From the IMG/VR virus record IMGVR_UViG_2537561575_000012: a stretch of DNA of 23,622 bases; one strand, written 5' to 3'. The DNA is from a virus (Duplodnaviria > Heunggongvirae > Uroviricota > Caudoviricetes). Positions 8,426 through 17,511 of the stretch are shown in pieces (the first letter of the stretch is position 1; every line of letters starts with the position of its first letter). Made by a program: the position numbers and the translations under genes. Under the pieces are notes generated by a model. That model was not told the DNA's origin. It saw nothing but the letters and a program-made list of their open reading frames with translations, and did not search any database.

Positions 8426-9162
8426 CTAATACAAACTCCGTTTACGTCGCATGGCAGGCACCAGATACCAGAGACTGGCATGTTGTTGGTAACTTGCAAG
8501 AGCGCAAATCGGGGTATGTTTTCAGGTATACCAAAGGTGCTCTTAAATCTTCTAAATTTACAAAGTTTAGCGGCATGAGTGATGTTCGTGAAACTTATGT
8601 ATCGGAAGAATTGTTTCCTCTTTTTAAAAATCGCCTTTTATCACCGAGACGTCCAGAGTATCCGAGTTTCATTAAATGGCTTGGATTTGAAGAAGATAAG
8701 GTAAATCCTATCGATATTCTTGCTCGCTCGGGAGGCTTACGAAGCACTGATCAGCTGCAGATTTTCAAAAAAATTGATTTTGATTCTGATGGTAACTTTG
8801 AGCATTTTTTCTTCTTACATGGACTTGGTTACTTGAATAGCTTAGCTAATGCTCGTGTATCTGAATTGAAACCGGGGCAAATTTTGCGTCTTTGCTTGGA
8901 TCTTCAAAATGAATACGATGGGGATGCTGTTGTCGTTCGTGCAGATAAACCAGCTGAAATCGTTGGTTACTGCCCTAGGTATTTAAGTAATGACATCAAG
9001 AAGATGTTATTGGATGATCCAAAATCAATCACTTTAACGGTCGAAAAGATTAGCGATGATGCTCCTCATAACTATCGGTTATTATGTAAATTATCAGGGG
9101 TACTAAGCCAAGCCTGTCAATCGACGCTGATTCCTCAAGATGAGTTTGAACCTATTGAGTAA
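8422..9162 (+). CDS. HipS/HipA-N-like domain fused to a C-terminal HIRAN domain
   Basis: 246 aa. N-terminal ~120 aa (VVGNL...YVFRY...LFPLFKNRLLSP...NPIDILARSGGL) resemble the HipA N-subdomain and HipS (LFPFFDGLIPEG...). C-terminal aa ~125-215 (ILRLCLDLQNEYDGDAVVVRADKPAEIVGYCPRYLSNDIKKMLLD) fit the HIRAN pattern. Confidence 0.6.
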   Translation: MTNTNSVYVAWQAPDTRDWHVVGNLQERKSGYVFRYTKGALKSSKFTKFSGMSDVRETYVSEELFPLFKNRLLSPRRPEYPSFIKWLGFEEDKVNPIDILARSGGLRSTDQLQIFKKIDFDSDGNFEHFFFLHGLGYLNSLANARVSELKPGQILRLCLDLQNEYDGDAVVVRADKPAEIVGYCPRYLSNDIKKMLLDDPKSITLTVEKISDDAPHNYRLLCKLSGVLSQACQSTLIPQDEFEPIE

Positions 9163-9171
9163 ATGAAGAAA

Positions 9172-9193
9172 AGCCACCAAACGGTGGCTTTTC
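9172..9193. terminator. Bidirectional rho-independent terminator between convergent genes
   Basis: agccacc-aaac-ggtggct hairpin (9172-9189) with a T-run after it and an A-run before it; sits in the 34-bp gap between the HIRAN gene stop (9162) and the portal stop (9197). Confidence 0.6.
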
Positions 9194-9196
9194 TTA

Positions 9197-10234
9197 TTAT
9201 GGGGCTATATCTAGCGAGTAGGTATCAAACCGTATCGCCTCCTTGCCAAGCCAATCATTCATCTCCTGTAATCGCTTTTGTAGTGGCATTAGCTCATTTC
9301 GGACGAATACACGGCTTGCCTTCTCCACATCCCCAAACCCCCCAACATTATTCGGCATAATCCCCATCATTTGCGGTGGCACACGGTGCGCTGCCATCAT
9401 GTCATCGCGGCTGACATTTTTGATATTCAGAAACTCATCCTTCGCCGCGACTTCTGACAATGGGATGATCTGAAGTCCGTCCTTTTTGCCGTTAGGCGAG
9501 TACATAAACAGATTGCGGAAGTTACCTGGTCCTTTGGCGCTTTTCATCGCGTTACGGAGGTTGTTTACATCCTCCTGGTTCTGCGCGGCGTCGGTCATGT
9601 ACATGATGAAGCCTGCATGACTGCCGTTAATGTAATACTTTCGACGGAACAGCGTGGCGGACTCGTTGAGCAGGGCTGACGGAATGGCAGAAAGATAACC
9701 AGGCAGGCCGTAGATCTCCTGGTTGATGTCCGGTTCCATCAGATGAAAAATGTTGCCTTTCGTGAACTGATACGGCTGTGTAGTCATGCCGTATTGCACA
9801 AACCAGTAGGTATCAAGGTCTAACCCGCGTCGGGTGTATTTTGCCAGTGCAGGCTCAAGGGCGATAACTTCACCGAAGCGGTTCGTGCGTTTCTCCAGGT
9901 AGGCGTTACCAAAAACCAGATAGTCCTGTACAAAACGCGAAAAAGCCTGCTGGCTGAGCAGCGGGTGAGGGATGTAGGTGCTGGTCAGAATGTTGCACTT
10001 CACTGCAATCGGTGAGCTGTGATGCACGGCGGCGCGGAAGGTTCGCGCCAGTCCGTCGAAACTCACAGGCGGCTCGTACCAACGATCCATCTGTACGCAT
10101 TCCACATAGTCCAGCAGTTCGCGGCGGTCCAGAACAGGAACGGGATCACCGAAGCTGAATGCTTCGGCTGAAGTCTGGCTTTTATGCTGGATCTGTTTCG
10201 TCGACGCAGCGCGGTTCTTCTTACTCTTTCCCAT
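9197..10234 (-). CDS. Portal protein (P2 gpQ-like)
   Basis: ORF 9197..10237 minus; start taken as ATG at 10234-10232, forming an ATGA overlap with the upstream terminase stop; about 345 aa, matching P2 Q in size and position. Confidence 0.75.
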   Translation of the reverse strand: MGKSKKNRAASTKQIQHKSQTSAEAFSFGDPVPVLDRRELLDYVECVQMDRWYEPPVSFDGLARTFRAAVHHSSPIAVKCNILTSTYIPHPLLSQQAFSRFVQDYLVFGNAYLEKRTNRFGEVIALEPALAKYTRRGLDLDTYWFVQYGMTTQPYQFTKGNIFHLMEPDINQEIYGLPGYLSAIPSALLNESATLFRRKYYINGSHAGFIMYMTDAAQNQEDVNNLRNAMKSAKGPGNFRNLFMYSPNGKKDGLQIIPLSEVAAKDEFLNIKNVSRDDMMAAHRVPPQMMGIMPNNVGGFGDVEKASRVFVRNELMPLQKRLQEMNDWLGKEAIRFDTYSLDIAP

Positions 10235-12000
10235 CAAAAAATCTCCACAATATTGCTGGTATTGGCGGACTCGCCCTGCAGCGGTTCGTTAAACAGTGCG
10301 TGCATTGTTGCCCAGGCCAGATCGGCATGGCTGGCTTCTTCGCTGCGGCTGGCTTCATAGGTCGGGCGGTTGCCACTGGCAGTGGTAGCGCGACGGATTG
10401 CCATAAATGACTGCGCAATGTCGGTGTGCCCGGCGTCAAACTCCAGACGGCGGTGGCTGATAATGTCGTAGGCCTTGAGTACCAGGGCGTTTTTAACGTT
10501 GGGGTTATAGACAAACTCCCTGACGGCAGGAAAAAACGCTTTCACGTTCTCGTAAACCCCGTGACCGACGCCGGTCGAGTCGATACCGATATAGGTCACG
10601 TTATACTGTTCGGTCAGTTTTTTGATGGCGTCAGCCTGGGCGCGGAAGTCCATCCCGCGCCACTGGTGACGCTCAAGAATGCGGAACTTACCACCCGGCA
10701 CGGCTGGCGGAGCCACCACCACGCATCCGGCACTGTCGCCGTTCTGCGTACCTTTTGCCGGGTCATAACCGATCCACACTTCGCGCCAGCCAAACGGGCG
10801 CAGGGCCAGTGCATGAAAGTCGGTCCAGACTTCCCAGCTGTCCACCATGCACGCCTGCAGTTCGCTGAGCGGGAACACGGACGCGAGATCGTCCACGAAC
10901 TCGCACATCAGCAGGTTCTGGTATTCGTCCGGGCTGTACTCCATGCGCAGCTGGTCGAGGTCGAACAGGTTACAGCCGCCGCGCACCGCATCTTCCACGG
11001 TGACTATCTGGCGGTATTGCCCGTCTGCGCACAGTAGGCCGGGGGCCAGATTGCTGTGGGACAGGTCGATGTCCACCTTGTCAGCTTTGTTGCGTCCACG
11101 GTTGAACAGCGCACCGGACCAGAACGGATAAGCACTGTGGGTCAGGCTGGATGGCGTGGAAAAATAGGTTTGTCGCCATTTCTTGTGAATAGCCATACCG
11201 GAAGCCACTTTGCGCAACTCCTGGAATTTCGGTATCCAGAAATATTCATCCAGATACAGGTTGCCGTGGTAACTCTGCGCCGTGCGGGCATTGGTGCCGA
11301 GGAAGTAAAGCGTGGCCCCGTTAGGAAGCACCATCGGATCGCCTTTCAGCTCCACCTCGACTTCTTTGGCGAAGTCGATGATGTACTGCTTAAAGACGTG
11401 AGCCTGTGCCTTACTGGCAGAAAGGAAAATCTGGTTACGTCCGGTAAGCAGGGCGTCAATCAGGGCTTCACGGGCAAAGTAAAAGGTCGCGCCGATCTGG
11501 CGTGACTTCAGCAGGTTGCGGATGCGGTTGGTTTTTCCGGCTTCCCACCAGTGGCGCTGGTAGTTGAACATGGAGGAATGGAAGATTTCTTCCAGTTTCT
11601 CTATCTGTTCATCGGTGAAAACATTCTTTTCCGGCTGACGGCGCGGGCCTTTGTTGCGGTTGGCGACGTTAGGGTTTAAGTCGGCTTCGTTGCCGCCATT
11701 GTTAAACTTGCCGATCCGCGCGTGGCGCTCCGACTGGCGCGCCAGCAGGTCAATTTCTTTGAAATCTTTCCCTTCTTTGTGCTCCTTCATAATGAGCTGG
11801 CAGTAACGTGCGGCGGTGGTGAGCTGCATCTGATCCAGCGGCCCATAGTCACCCCACTTGTCGCGTTTCTTCCAGCTGTGAACGGTTGCAACTTTCTCGC
11901 CCAGCATTTCAGCAATGCGGGCTACGCGGTATCCCTGAAAGTACAGCAGCATGGCCTGCCGACGGGGATCGAGATCTGCGGGTGTCAGTGTGGTGTTCAT
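10234..12000 (-). CDS. Terminase large (ATPase) subunit (P2 gpP-like)
   Basis: 588-aa ORF on the minus strand, divergent from the scaffold gene; N-terminal HTH-like segment; size and position match P2 P (about 590 aa). Confidence 0.75.
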   Translation of the reverse strand: MNTTLTPADLDPRRQAMLLYFQGYRVARIAEMLGEKVATVHSWKKRDKWGDYGPLDQMQLTTAARYCQLIMKEHKEGKDFKEIDLLARQSERHARIGKFNNGGNEADLNPNVANRNKGPRRQPEKNVFTDEQIEKLEEIFHSSMFNYQRHWWEAGKTNRIRNLLKSRQIGATFYFAREALIDALLTGRNQIFLSASKAQAHVFKQYIIDFAKEVEVELKGDPMVLPNGATLYFLGTNARTAQSYHGNLYLDEYFWIPKFQELRKVASGMAIHKKWRQTYFSTPSSLTHSAYPFWSGALFNRGRNKADKVDIDLSHSNLAPGLLCADGQYRQIVTVEDAVRGGCNLFDLDQLRMEYSPDEYQNLLMCEFVDDLASVFPLSELQACMVDSWEVWTDFHALALRPFGWREVWIGYDPAKGTQNGDSAGCVVVAPPAVPGGKFRILERHQWRGMDFRAQADAIKKLTEQYNVTYIGIDSTGVGHGVYENVKAFFPAVREFVYNPNVKNALVLKAYDIISHRRLEFDAGHTDIAQSFMAIRRATTASGNRPTYEASRSEEASHADLAWATMHALFNEPLQGESANTSNIVEIF

Positions 12001-12046
12001 GGCACAAACCTACAGCCTTGAATGAAGGCTTTCCCCGCCTGCGGTT

Positions 12047-12064
12047 TGTGTGGTTGTCGGTACA
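12047..12064. promoter_or_regulatory. TGT-N12-ACA dyad (Ogr/B-type late activator site) in the divergent packaging/head promoter region
   Basis: tgt-gtggttgtcggt-aca at 12047-12064, in the 142-bp region between the terminase start (12000, minus) and the scaffold start (12143, plus). P2/186/P4 late promoters carry this dyad upstream of the -35. Confidence 0.45.
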
Positions 12065-12142
12065 AATACCGCGCATTGTTTCACTGCCCCCATCACCGCA
12101 ACCATAAGGCTCCAGTAAGTTATTTCTAACGGAGCACGGCTC

Positions 12143-12976
12143 ATGACAGTGAAAGCAAAGCGTTTTCGCATCGGGGGGGAAGGTGCCACCACCGACGGAC
12201 GCGAAATCCAGCGTGAATGGCTGGAACAGATGGCAGCCAGCTACAACCCGGCGGGGTATACCGCGCTGATTAACCTTGAGCACATCAAGTCTTATCTCCC
12301 GGACAGCACCTTTAACCGTTACGGCAAGGTGACGGCGCTGTTTGCTGAAGAAATCACGGAAGGCCCGCTGGCAGGCAAGATGGCGCTGTATGCCGACGTT
12401 GAGCCAACGGAGTCCCTGGTGGAATTGGTGAAAAAAGGCCAGAAATTATTCACCTCTATGGAAGTCAGCCCGAAGTTCGCTGATACGGGCAAAGCCTACC
12501 TGGTCGGCCTGGCTGCCACTGATGACCCTGCCAGTTTGGGTACGGAAATGCTGACATTCAGCGCCAGTGCAGCCCATAACCCGCTGGCAAACCGCAAGCA
12601 GAATCCCGCCAATCTCTTTACCGCCGCAGAGGAAACGGTGATCGAACTGGAAGAAATCCAGGAGGACAAACCGTCCCTGTTTGCCCGTGTCACGGCGCTG
12701 TTTACCAAAAAAGAGCAGTCCGACGATGCCCGGTTCTCTGATGTGCATAAGGCCGTGGAGCTGGTCGCCACTGAGCAGCAAAACCTGAGCGCACGCACCG
12801 AAAAATCCCTGTCTGAGCAGGAAGAACGTCTGTCTGAGCTGGAGACTGCCCTGCAGGCACAGCAGACCGCCTTTAACGAACTGGTGGACAAGCTGAGTCA
12901 TGAAGACAGCCGCCAGGACTACCGCCAGCGTGCAACAGGCGGTAACGCCCCCGCTGACACTCTGACCAATTGCTGA
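12143..12976 (+). CDS. Capsid scaffolding protein (P2 gpO-like)
   Basis: 277 aa; first gene rightward of the divergent late promoter region; acidic, coiled-coil-rich C-terminal half; position and size as P2 O. Confidence 0.7.
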   Translation: MTVKAKRFRIGGEGATTDGREIQREWLEQMAASYNPAGYTALINLEHIKSYLPDSTFNRYGKVTALFAEEITEGPLAGKMALYADVEPTESLVELVKKGQKLFTSMEVSPKFADTGKAYLVGLAATDDPASLGTEMLTFSASAAHNPLANRKQNPANLFTAAEETVIELEEIQEDKPSLFARVTALFTKKEQSDDARFSDVHKAVELVATEQQNLSARTEKSLSEQEERLSELETALQAQQTAFNELVDKLSHEDSRQDYRQRATGGNAPADTLTNC

Positions 12977-12992
12977 TGGAGCACAAACCCCG

Positions 12993-14051
12993 ATGAAGAA
13001 GAATACCCGCTTTGCTTTTAACGCTTACCTGCAGCAGCTGGCGCGTCTGAACGGTGTGGCAGTTGAAGAACTGTCCAGCAAGTTCACCGTAGAGCCGTCC
13101 GTGCAGCAGACGCTGGAAGACCAGATCCAGCAGTCCGCCTCTTTCCTGACGCTGATTAACGTCACGCCAGTGACTGAGCAGTCTGGTCAGTTGCTGGGGC
13201 TGGGTGTTGGCAGCACCATTGCCGGAACCACTGATACCACCGCGAAAGAGCGAGAACCTGTCGATCCGACGCTGATGGTCGATGTGGAATACAAATGCGA
13301 ACAGACCAACTTTGACACGGTGCTGACCTACGCGAAGCTGGACCTGTGGGCGAAGTTTCAGGATTTCCAGGTGCGTATCCGTAACGCCATCGTGAAACGT
13401 CAGGCACTGGACCGCATCATGATCGGCTTTAACGGCGTGAAGCGTGCGAAAACCTCCAACCGTAGCGAAAACCCGCTGCTGCAGGATGTGAACAAAGGCT
13501 GGCTGCAGAAAATCCGTGAGGATGCACCGGATCACGTCATGGGCAGCACCACCACGGGCGGTGAAACCACACCGGGCGCGGTGAAAGTCGGGAAAGGTGG
13601 CGAATATGCCAACCTGGACGCCGTAGTGATGGATGCCGTCAATGAGCTTATCGACGTGGTCTACCAGGACGATGACGATCTGGTGGTGATTTGCGGTCGT
13701 GAACTGCTGTCTGACAAGTATTTCCCGCTGGTCAACAAAGAGCAGGAAAACAGTGAAAAACTGGCTGCCGATATGATCATCAGTCAGAAACGCATGGGTG
13801 GTCTGCAGGCGGTGCGTGCGCCGTTCTTCCCGCCGAATGCGCTGCTGATCACCCGTCTGGATAACCTGTCCATCTACTGGCAGGAAGATACCCGCCGCCG
13901 TTCAGTTATCGACAACCCGAAACGTGACCGGATTGAAAATTTTGAATCCGTTAACGAAGCCTATGTGGTTGAGGACTATCGCTGCGCTGCACTGGTGGAA
14001 AACATCCAGATTGGTGACTTCAGCGCCACCGCAGCAGAAACCGGAGCGTAA
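12993..14051 (+). CDS. Major capsid protein (P2 gpN-like)
   Basis: 352 aa, directly after the scaffold gene; size and order as P2 N. Confidence 0.75.
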   Translation: MKKNTRFAFNAYLQQLARLNGVAVEELSSKFTVEPSVQQTLEDQIQQSASFLTLINVTPVTEQSGQLLGLGVGSTIAGTTDTTAKEREPVDPTLMVDVEYKCEQTNFDTVLTYAKLDLWAKFQDFQVRIRNAIVKRQALDRIMIGFNGVKRAKTSNRSENPLLQDVNKGWLQKIREDAPDHVMGSTTTGGETTPGAVKVGKGGEYANLDAVVMDAVNELIDVVYQDDDDLVVICGRELLSDKYFPLVNKEQENSEKLAADMIISQKRMGGLQAVRAPFFPPNALLITRLDNLSIYWQEDTRRRSVIDNPKRDRIENFESVNEAYVVEDYRCAALVENIQIGDFSATAAETGA

Positions 14052-14054
14052 TTC

Positions 14055-14705
14055 ATGAGCCTGAGTCCCGCACGGCAGCATCGCCTGCGCGTTCAGGCTG
14101 AACAGGCCGCTCGCGAGGGTGGCAGTGTTCGCCACGCGTCGGGCTATGACCTGATGCTGCTGCAACTGGCGGAAGACCGCCGCCGTCTCAAGGGCGTTCA
14201 GTCCACGGTCAAAAAAGCGGAAATCAAGGTGGAGCTGCTGCCGAAATATGCCGCCTGGGCGGAGGGCGTTCTGGCTGCCGGAGGCGCTCAACAGGATGAC
14301 GTGCTGATGTACGTGATGCTGTGGCGCATTGATGCCGGAGATTATGCAGGGGCGCTGGAGATCGGGCGTCATGCCCTGCGTCATGGCTGGGTGATGCCGC
14401 TGGGTAACCGCAACGTGCAGACCGTGCTGGCAGAGGAAATGGCAGACGCGGCGCAGAGCGCAATGCTTGCCGCCACCGGCTTTGATGCCGATCTGTTGCT
14501 GCAGACGCTGGAGCTGGCAGACGGTCTGGATATGCCGGACCAGTCACGGGCGCGTCTGCATAAAGCGATTGGCGCTGTCCTGAGTGAAAGCAACCCGGCT
14601 TCCGCCCTTAATCATCTCAACCATGCGTTACAGCTCGATCCTCGCTGTGGCGTGAAAAAAGACAAACAGCAGCTGGAGCGCAGACTGCGCAATGACAGCC
14701 GCTGA
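14055..14705 (+). CDS. Terminase small (endonuclease) subunit (P2 gpM-like)
   Basis: 216 aa, after the capsid gene; order as P2 O-N-M. Confidence 0.65.
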   Translation: MSLSPARQHRLRVQAEQAAREGGSVRHASGYDLMLLQLAEDRRRLKGVQSTVKKAEIKVELLPKYAAWAEGVLAAGGAQQDDVLMYVMLWRIDAGDYAGALEIGRHALRHGWVMPLGNRNVQTVLAEEMADAAQSAMLAATGFDADLLLQTLELADGLDMPDQSRARLHKAIGAVLSESNPASALNHLNHALQLDPRCGVKKDKQQLERRLRNDSR

Positions 14706-14800
14706 CAGAACGTGCCCCCGCGCACGGGCGGCACGGGGTGGCGAAAGGCACTGCCACATCAAAACCCCGTCCACCGCCCTCTATTTCAGGAGAAAGCAGC

Positions 14801-15265
14801 ATGAAGTTTGTTGCGCCAGAACAGGCACCGGAACAGGCGGAAATCATCAGGAATACGCCGTTCTGGCCTGATGTGGACCTGTCGGAGTTTCGCAGCGTGA
14901 TGCGCACTGACGGCACGGTGACGCAGCCGCGTTTAAAGCAGGTTGCGCTGTCGGCAATTTCGGAGGTCAACGCAGAGCTGTATGAGTTTCGCAGACGCCA
15001 GCAGATGCTGGGGTATGCCTCGCTGGCAGAAGTTCCGGCGGAACAGCTGGACGGCAAAAGTGAGCGCATTCAGCACTATTTCAACGCGGTTTACTGCTGG
15101 GCACGCGCCATGCTCAACGAACGATACCAGGACTATGACGCCACGGCGTCCGGTGTGAAGCGGGGCGAGGAACTGGCGGAAGCAAGCGGTGATTTGTGGC
15201 GTGACGCCCGCTGGGCCATCAGCCGGGTGCAGGATGCGCCGCACTGCACAGTGGAGCTTATCTGA
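14801..15265 (+). CDS. Head completion/stabilisation protein (P2 gpL-like)
   Basis: ORF 14738..15265 trimmed to ATG 14801 (MKFVAPEQ, AGGAGA upstream); stop overlaps the next start (ATGA at 15263-15267). Confidence 0.65.
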   Translation: MKFVAPEQAPEQAEIIRNTPFWPDVDLSEFRSVMRTDGTVTQPRLKQVALSAISEVNAELYEFRRRQQMLGYASLAEVPAEQLDGKSERIQHYFNAVYCWARAMLNERYQDYDATASGVKRGEELAEASGDLWRDARWAISRVQDAPHCTVELI

Positions 15266-15468
15266 TGAAAGTGCGTGCGCATCAGTATGACACGGTGGAC
15301 GCGCTTTGCTGGCGTCATTACGGGCGCACGCAGGGGGTCACGGAGCAGGTACTGAAGGCAAATCCGGGGCTTGCCGAATACGGCCCCTTTTTACCTCACG
15401 GGCTGCAGGTGGAGCTGCCGGACATTCCGACCACCACCACCGTGCAGACCGTCCAGCTATGGGACTGA
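15265..15468 (+). CDS. Tail protein X (P2 gpX-like, LysM-like)
   Basis: 67 aa, the same length as P2 gpX; position between the head completion gene and the lysis cassette. Confidence 0.65.
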   Translation: MKVRAHQYDTVDALCWRHYGRTQGVTEQVLKANPGLAEYGPFLPHGLQVELPDIPTTTTVQTVQLWD

Positions 15469-15471
15469 ATT

Positions 15472-15687
15472 ATGACGCTTGAGCGAATCAGCGCCTTTAT
15501 CACGTATTGCATCGCCGTCGTGCTGGCCTGGCTGGGCGATTTGTCCATCAAGGATGCCTCAACGCTGGGCGGCCTGATGATTGGTGTACTGATGCTGGCT
15601 ATCAACTGGTACTACAAACACAAATCCTACCAGCTTCTGCGCGACGGGCAGATCTCGCGGGAGGACTATGAATCCATCAATCGTTAA
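15472..15687 (+). CDS. Holin (two predicted transmembrane helices)
   Basis: 71 aa with two hydrophobic segments (FITYCIAVVLAWL; LGGLMIGVLMLAINW) and a charged C-terminus; immediately upstream of the endolysin. Confidence 0.6.
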   Translation: MTLERISAFITYCIAVVLAWLGDLSIKDASTLGGLMIGVLMLAINWYYKHKSYQLLRDGQISREDYESINR

Positions 15688-16180
15688 ACGCTGCCTTGTC
15701 GGGGCCGTGCTGGCTATTGCTGCCACGCTGCCGGGTTTTCAGCAGCTTCACACCTCCGTGGAGGGGCTGAAACTGATTGCTGATTACGAAGGCTGTCGTC
15801 TGCAGCCGTATCAGTGCAGCGCGGGGGTCTGGACCGACGGCATTGGTAATACATCGGGCGTCATTCCCGGCAAAACAATCACGGAACGACAGGCAGCAGA
15901 AGGGCTGATCTCCAACGTGCTGCGTGTGGAGCGGGTACTGGAAAGGTGTGTGAAGCAACTGCCACCACAGAAGGTGTATGACGCTACGGTGTCGTTTGCC
16001 TTCAACGTGGGGACGGGCAATGCCTGCAGCTCCACGCTGGTGAAATTGCTCAATCAGCGGCGCTGGGCGGATGCGTGCCGACAGTTGCCGCGCTGGGTTT
16101 ATGTAAAAGGTGTGTTTAATCAGGGGCTGGATAACCGCCGTGCGCGGGAGATGGCCTGGTGTTTACAGGGAGCAAACTGA
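15668..16180 (+). CDS. Endolysin, phage lysozyme (GH24-like; P2 gpK-like)
   Basis: 170 aa; N-terminal signal-anchor-like segment, then GLKLIADYEGCRLQPYQCSAGVWTDGIGNT, a lysozyme-type signature; GGAGG before the ATG. Confidence 0.8.
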   Translation: MNPSIVKRCLVGAVLAIAATLPGFQQLHTSVEGLKLIADYEGCRLQPYQCSAGVWTDGIGNTSGVIPGKTITERQAAEGLISNVLRVERVLERCVKQLPPQKVYDATVSFAFNVGTGNACSSTLVKLLNQRRWADACRQLPRWVYVKGVFNQGLDNRRAREMAWCLQGAN

Positions 16181-16181
16181 A

Positions 16182-16559
16182 ATGAAAAAGAAATTAATCA
16201 GCGGACTGTTTCTGATGTTATGGATGGCGCTGTTAATCGCAGCAATGGTGTATCCGCAGGGGATTTTTCCGGTACTGGCAGCGTCCGGCGTTTGGGTAGC
16301 CTGTTTGCTGACATGGGCGGTAATTCCGGTAGCACTGGCTGCGTTAATTAAGAATGGCCCGCTCTGGCAGGAGTTAAGGGCATCTTTACTGAAGACAATT
16401 ACCCGAAAAGAAAACGTATTTATCAGTTGGGTGATGCGATTGCTGATTGTTGTAAGTCTCGCCTGGACGGGGTGGGCTATTACCCTGGTCTTTTATCTAC
16501 TGACCGTTATTGCCTTCTGGATCACCCGTAATCAGATGGCGAAACAGGTAGCAGCATGA
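16182..16559 (+). CDS. LysA-like membrane protein (lysis timing)
   Basis: ORF 16110..16559 trimmed to ATG 16182 (MKKKLISGLF); several hydrophobic helices; position as P2 lysA. Confidence 0.5.
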   Translation: MKKKLISGLFLMLWMALLIAAMVYPQGIFPVLAASGVWVACLLTWAVIPVALAALIKNGPLWQELRASLLKTITRKENVFISWVMRLLIVVSLAWTGWAITLVFYLLTVIAFWITRNQMAKQVAA

Positions 16560-16984
16560 ACCGGTTGCTGCTGGTTGTGCTGGCGTTATTACTGGCGGCG
16601 CTGGGCTGGCAGACGTGGCGGCTGGCTGATGCCAGCCAGACCATCAGCACGCAGGCAGACGAGCTGCAGAGCAAAAGCCAGGCACTGGCAAAGAGCAACA
16701 GCCAGCTTATCAGCCTGTCCATTCTGACTGAAACCAATAACCGGGAGCAGGCGCGGCTCTATGCCGAAGCAGAACAGACCAGCACGCTGCTGAGACAACG
16801 ACAACACCGGATCGAGGAACTGAAACGTGAGAACGAGGATTTACGCCGCTGGGCTGATACTCCTTTGCCTGCTGACATTATCCGGCTGCGGAAACGTCCG
16901 GCACTCACCGGAGGTATGGCTTACCGTCAGTGGTTGTCCGCGAGTGACGCCGTGTCGGCTGGATCAGGCAACGCCGCGCACTAA
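16556..16984 (+). CDS. i-spanin (Rz-like, P2 LysB-like)
   Basis: 142 aa; N-terminal transmembrane segment (LLLVVLALLLAALGW) followed by a coiled-coil-rich periplasmic domain; contains the embedded o-spanin ORF. Confidence 0.6.
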   Translation: MNRLLLVVLALLLAALGWQTWRLADASQTISTQADELQSKSQALAKSNSQLISLSILTETNNREQARLYAEAEQTSTLLRQRQHRIEELKRENEDLRRWADTPLPADIIRLRKRPALTGGMAYRQWLSASDAVSAGSGNAAH

Positions 16985-17117
16985 CGGTGATCTGAACGCG
17001 TTGCTGGATGAAACGGAGGCCGCCTGGGCGGTCTGTGCAGACAAAGTGGACATGATTATTGCGTGTCAGGAGCGAAACAGTGAACAAACCACAATCCCTG
17101 CGCCACGCCCTCAATAA
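16827..17117 (+). CDS. o-spanin lipoprotein (Rz1-like, P2 LysC-like), embedded in and extending beyond the i-spanin gene
   Basis: 96 aa in an alternative frame overlapping the 3' end of the i-spanin gene; lipobox LTLSGC near the N-terminus. Confidence 0.55.
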   Translation: MRTRIYAAGLILLCLLTLSGCGNVRHSPEVWLTVSGCPRVTPCRLDQATPRTNGDLNALLDETEAAWAVCADKVDMIIACQERNSEQTTIPAPRPQ

Positions 17118-17511
17118 AGCGGTGCCTTATGTCCGCAATAACCCGGACAAACTGCATCTGTTTGTGGATAACGGTTCGCTGGTTGCCACGGGGGCCAGCT
17201 CCATGTCGTGGGAGTACCGTTACACACTGAACGCGGTGATTGAGGATTTCAGCGGCGACCAGAATCTGCTGATGGCCCCGGTTTTGCTGTGGCTGAGGGA
17301 TAACCAGCCCGATGCCATCAATAACCCGGCGTTACGGGAAAAGCTATTCACCTTTGAGGTGGATATTCTGCGCAACGATGTCTGTGATATCAGCCTGAAC
17401 CTGCAACTGACGGAACGTGTGCTGGTCAGCACTGACGGCAGTGTGTCGAGCGTTGAAGCTATAGCGGAACCTGATGCACCTGAAGAAATGTGGACGGTGA
17501 AACGTGGCTGA
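17080..17511 (+). CDS. Tail completion protein (P2 gpR-like)
   Basis: ORF 17059..17511; start taken at GTG 17080 with AGGAG at 17068-17072; N-terminus ...SLRHALNKAVPYVRNNPDKLHLFVDNGSLVA resembles my memory of P2 R. Confidence 0.65.
   Translation: MNKPQSLRHALNKAVPYVRNNPDKLHLFVDNGSLVATGASSMSWEYRYTLNAVIEDFSGDQNLLMAPVLLWLRDNQPDAINNPALREKLFTFEVDILRNDVCDISLNLQLTERVLVSTDGSVSSVEAIAEPDAPEEMWTVKRG

Noticed and set aside
7511-9162. Cargo cassette being P2 old/tin
   Set aside because: Old is a ~590-aa ATPase-nuclease and Tin is unrelated; neither encoded protein has a Walker A motif, and both carry HipA-like and HIRAN-like signatures instead.
9163-9360. 65-aa plus-strand ORF just after the HIRAN gene
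   Set aside because: Overlaps the 3' end of the portal gene on the opposite strand and starts inside the terminator hairpin; it reads downstream of the terminator.
12446-13535. Long minus-strand ORFs (151, 131 and 220 aa) inside the scaffold and capsid genes
   Set aside because: Antisense to the scaffold and major capsid genes, with low-complexity Ser/Arg/Cys-rich translations; these are shadow ORFs.
14706-14800. GC-rich run between the small terminase and head completion genes as a terminator
   Set aside because: GC-rich and partially self-complementary, but I could not resolve a clean stem followed by a T-run.
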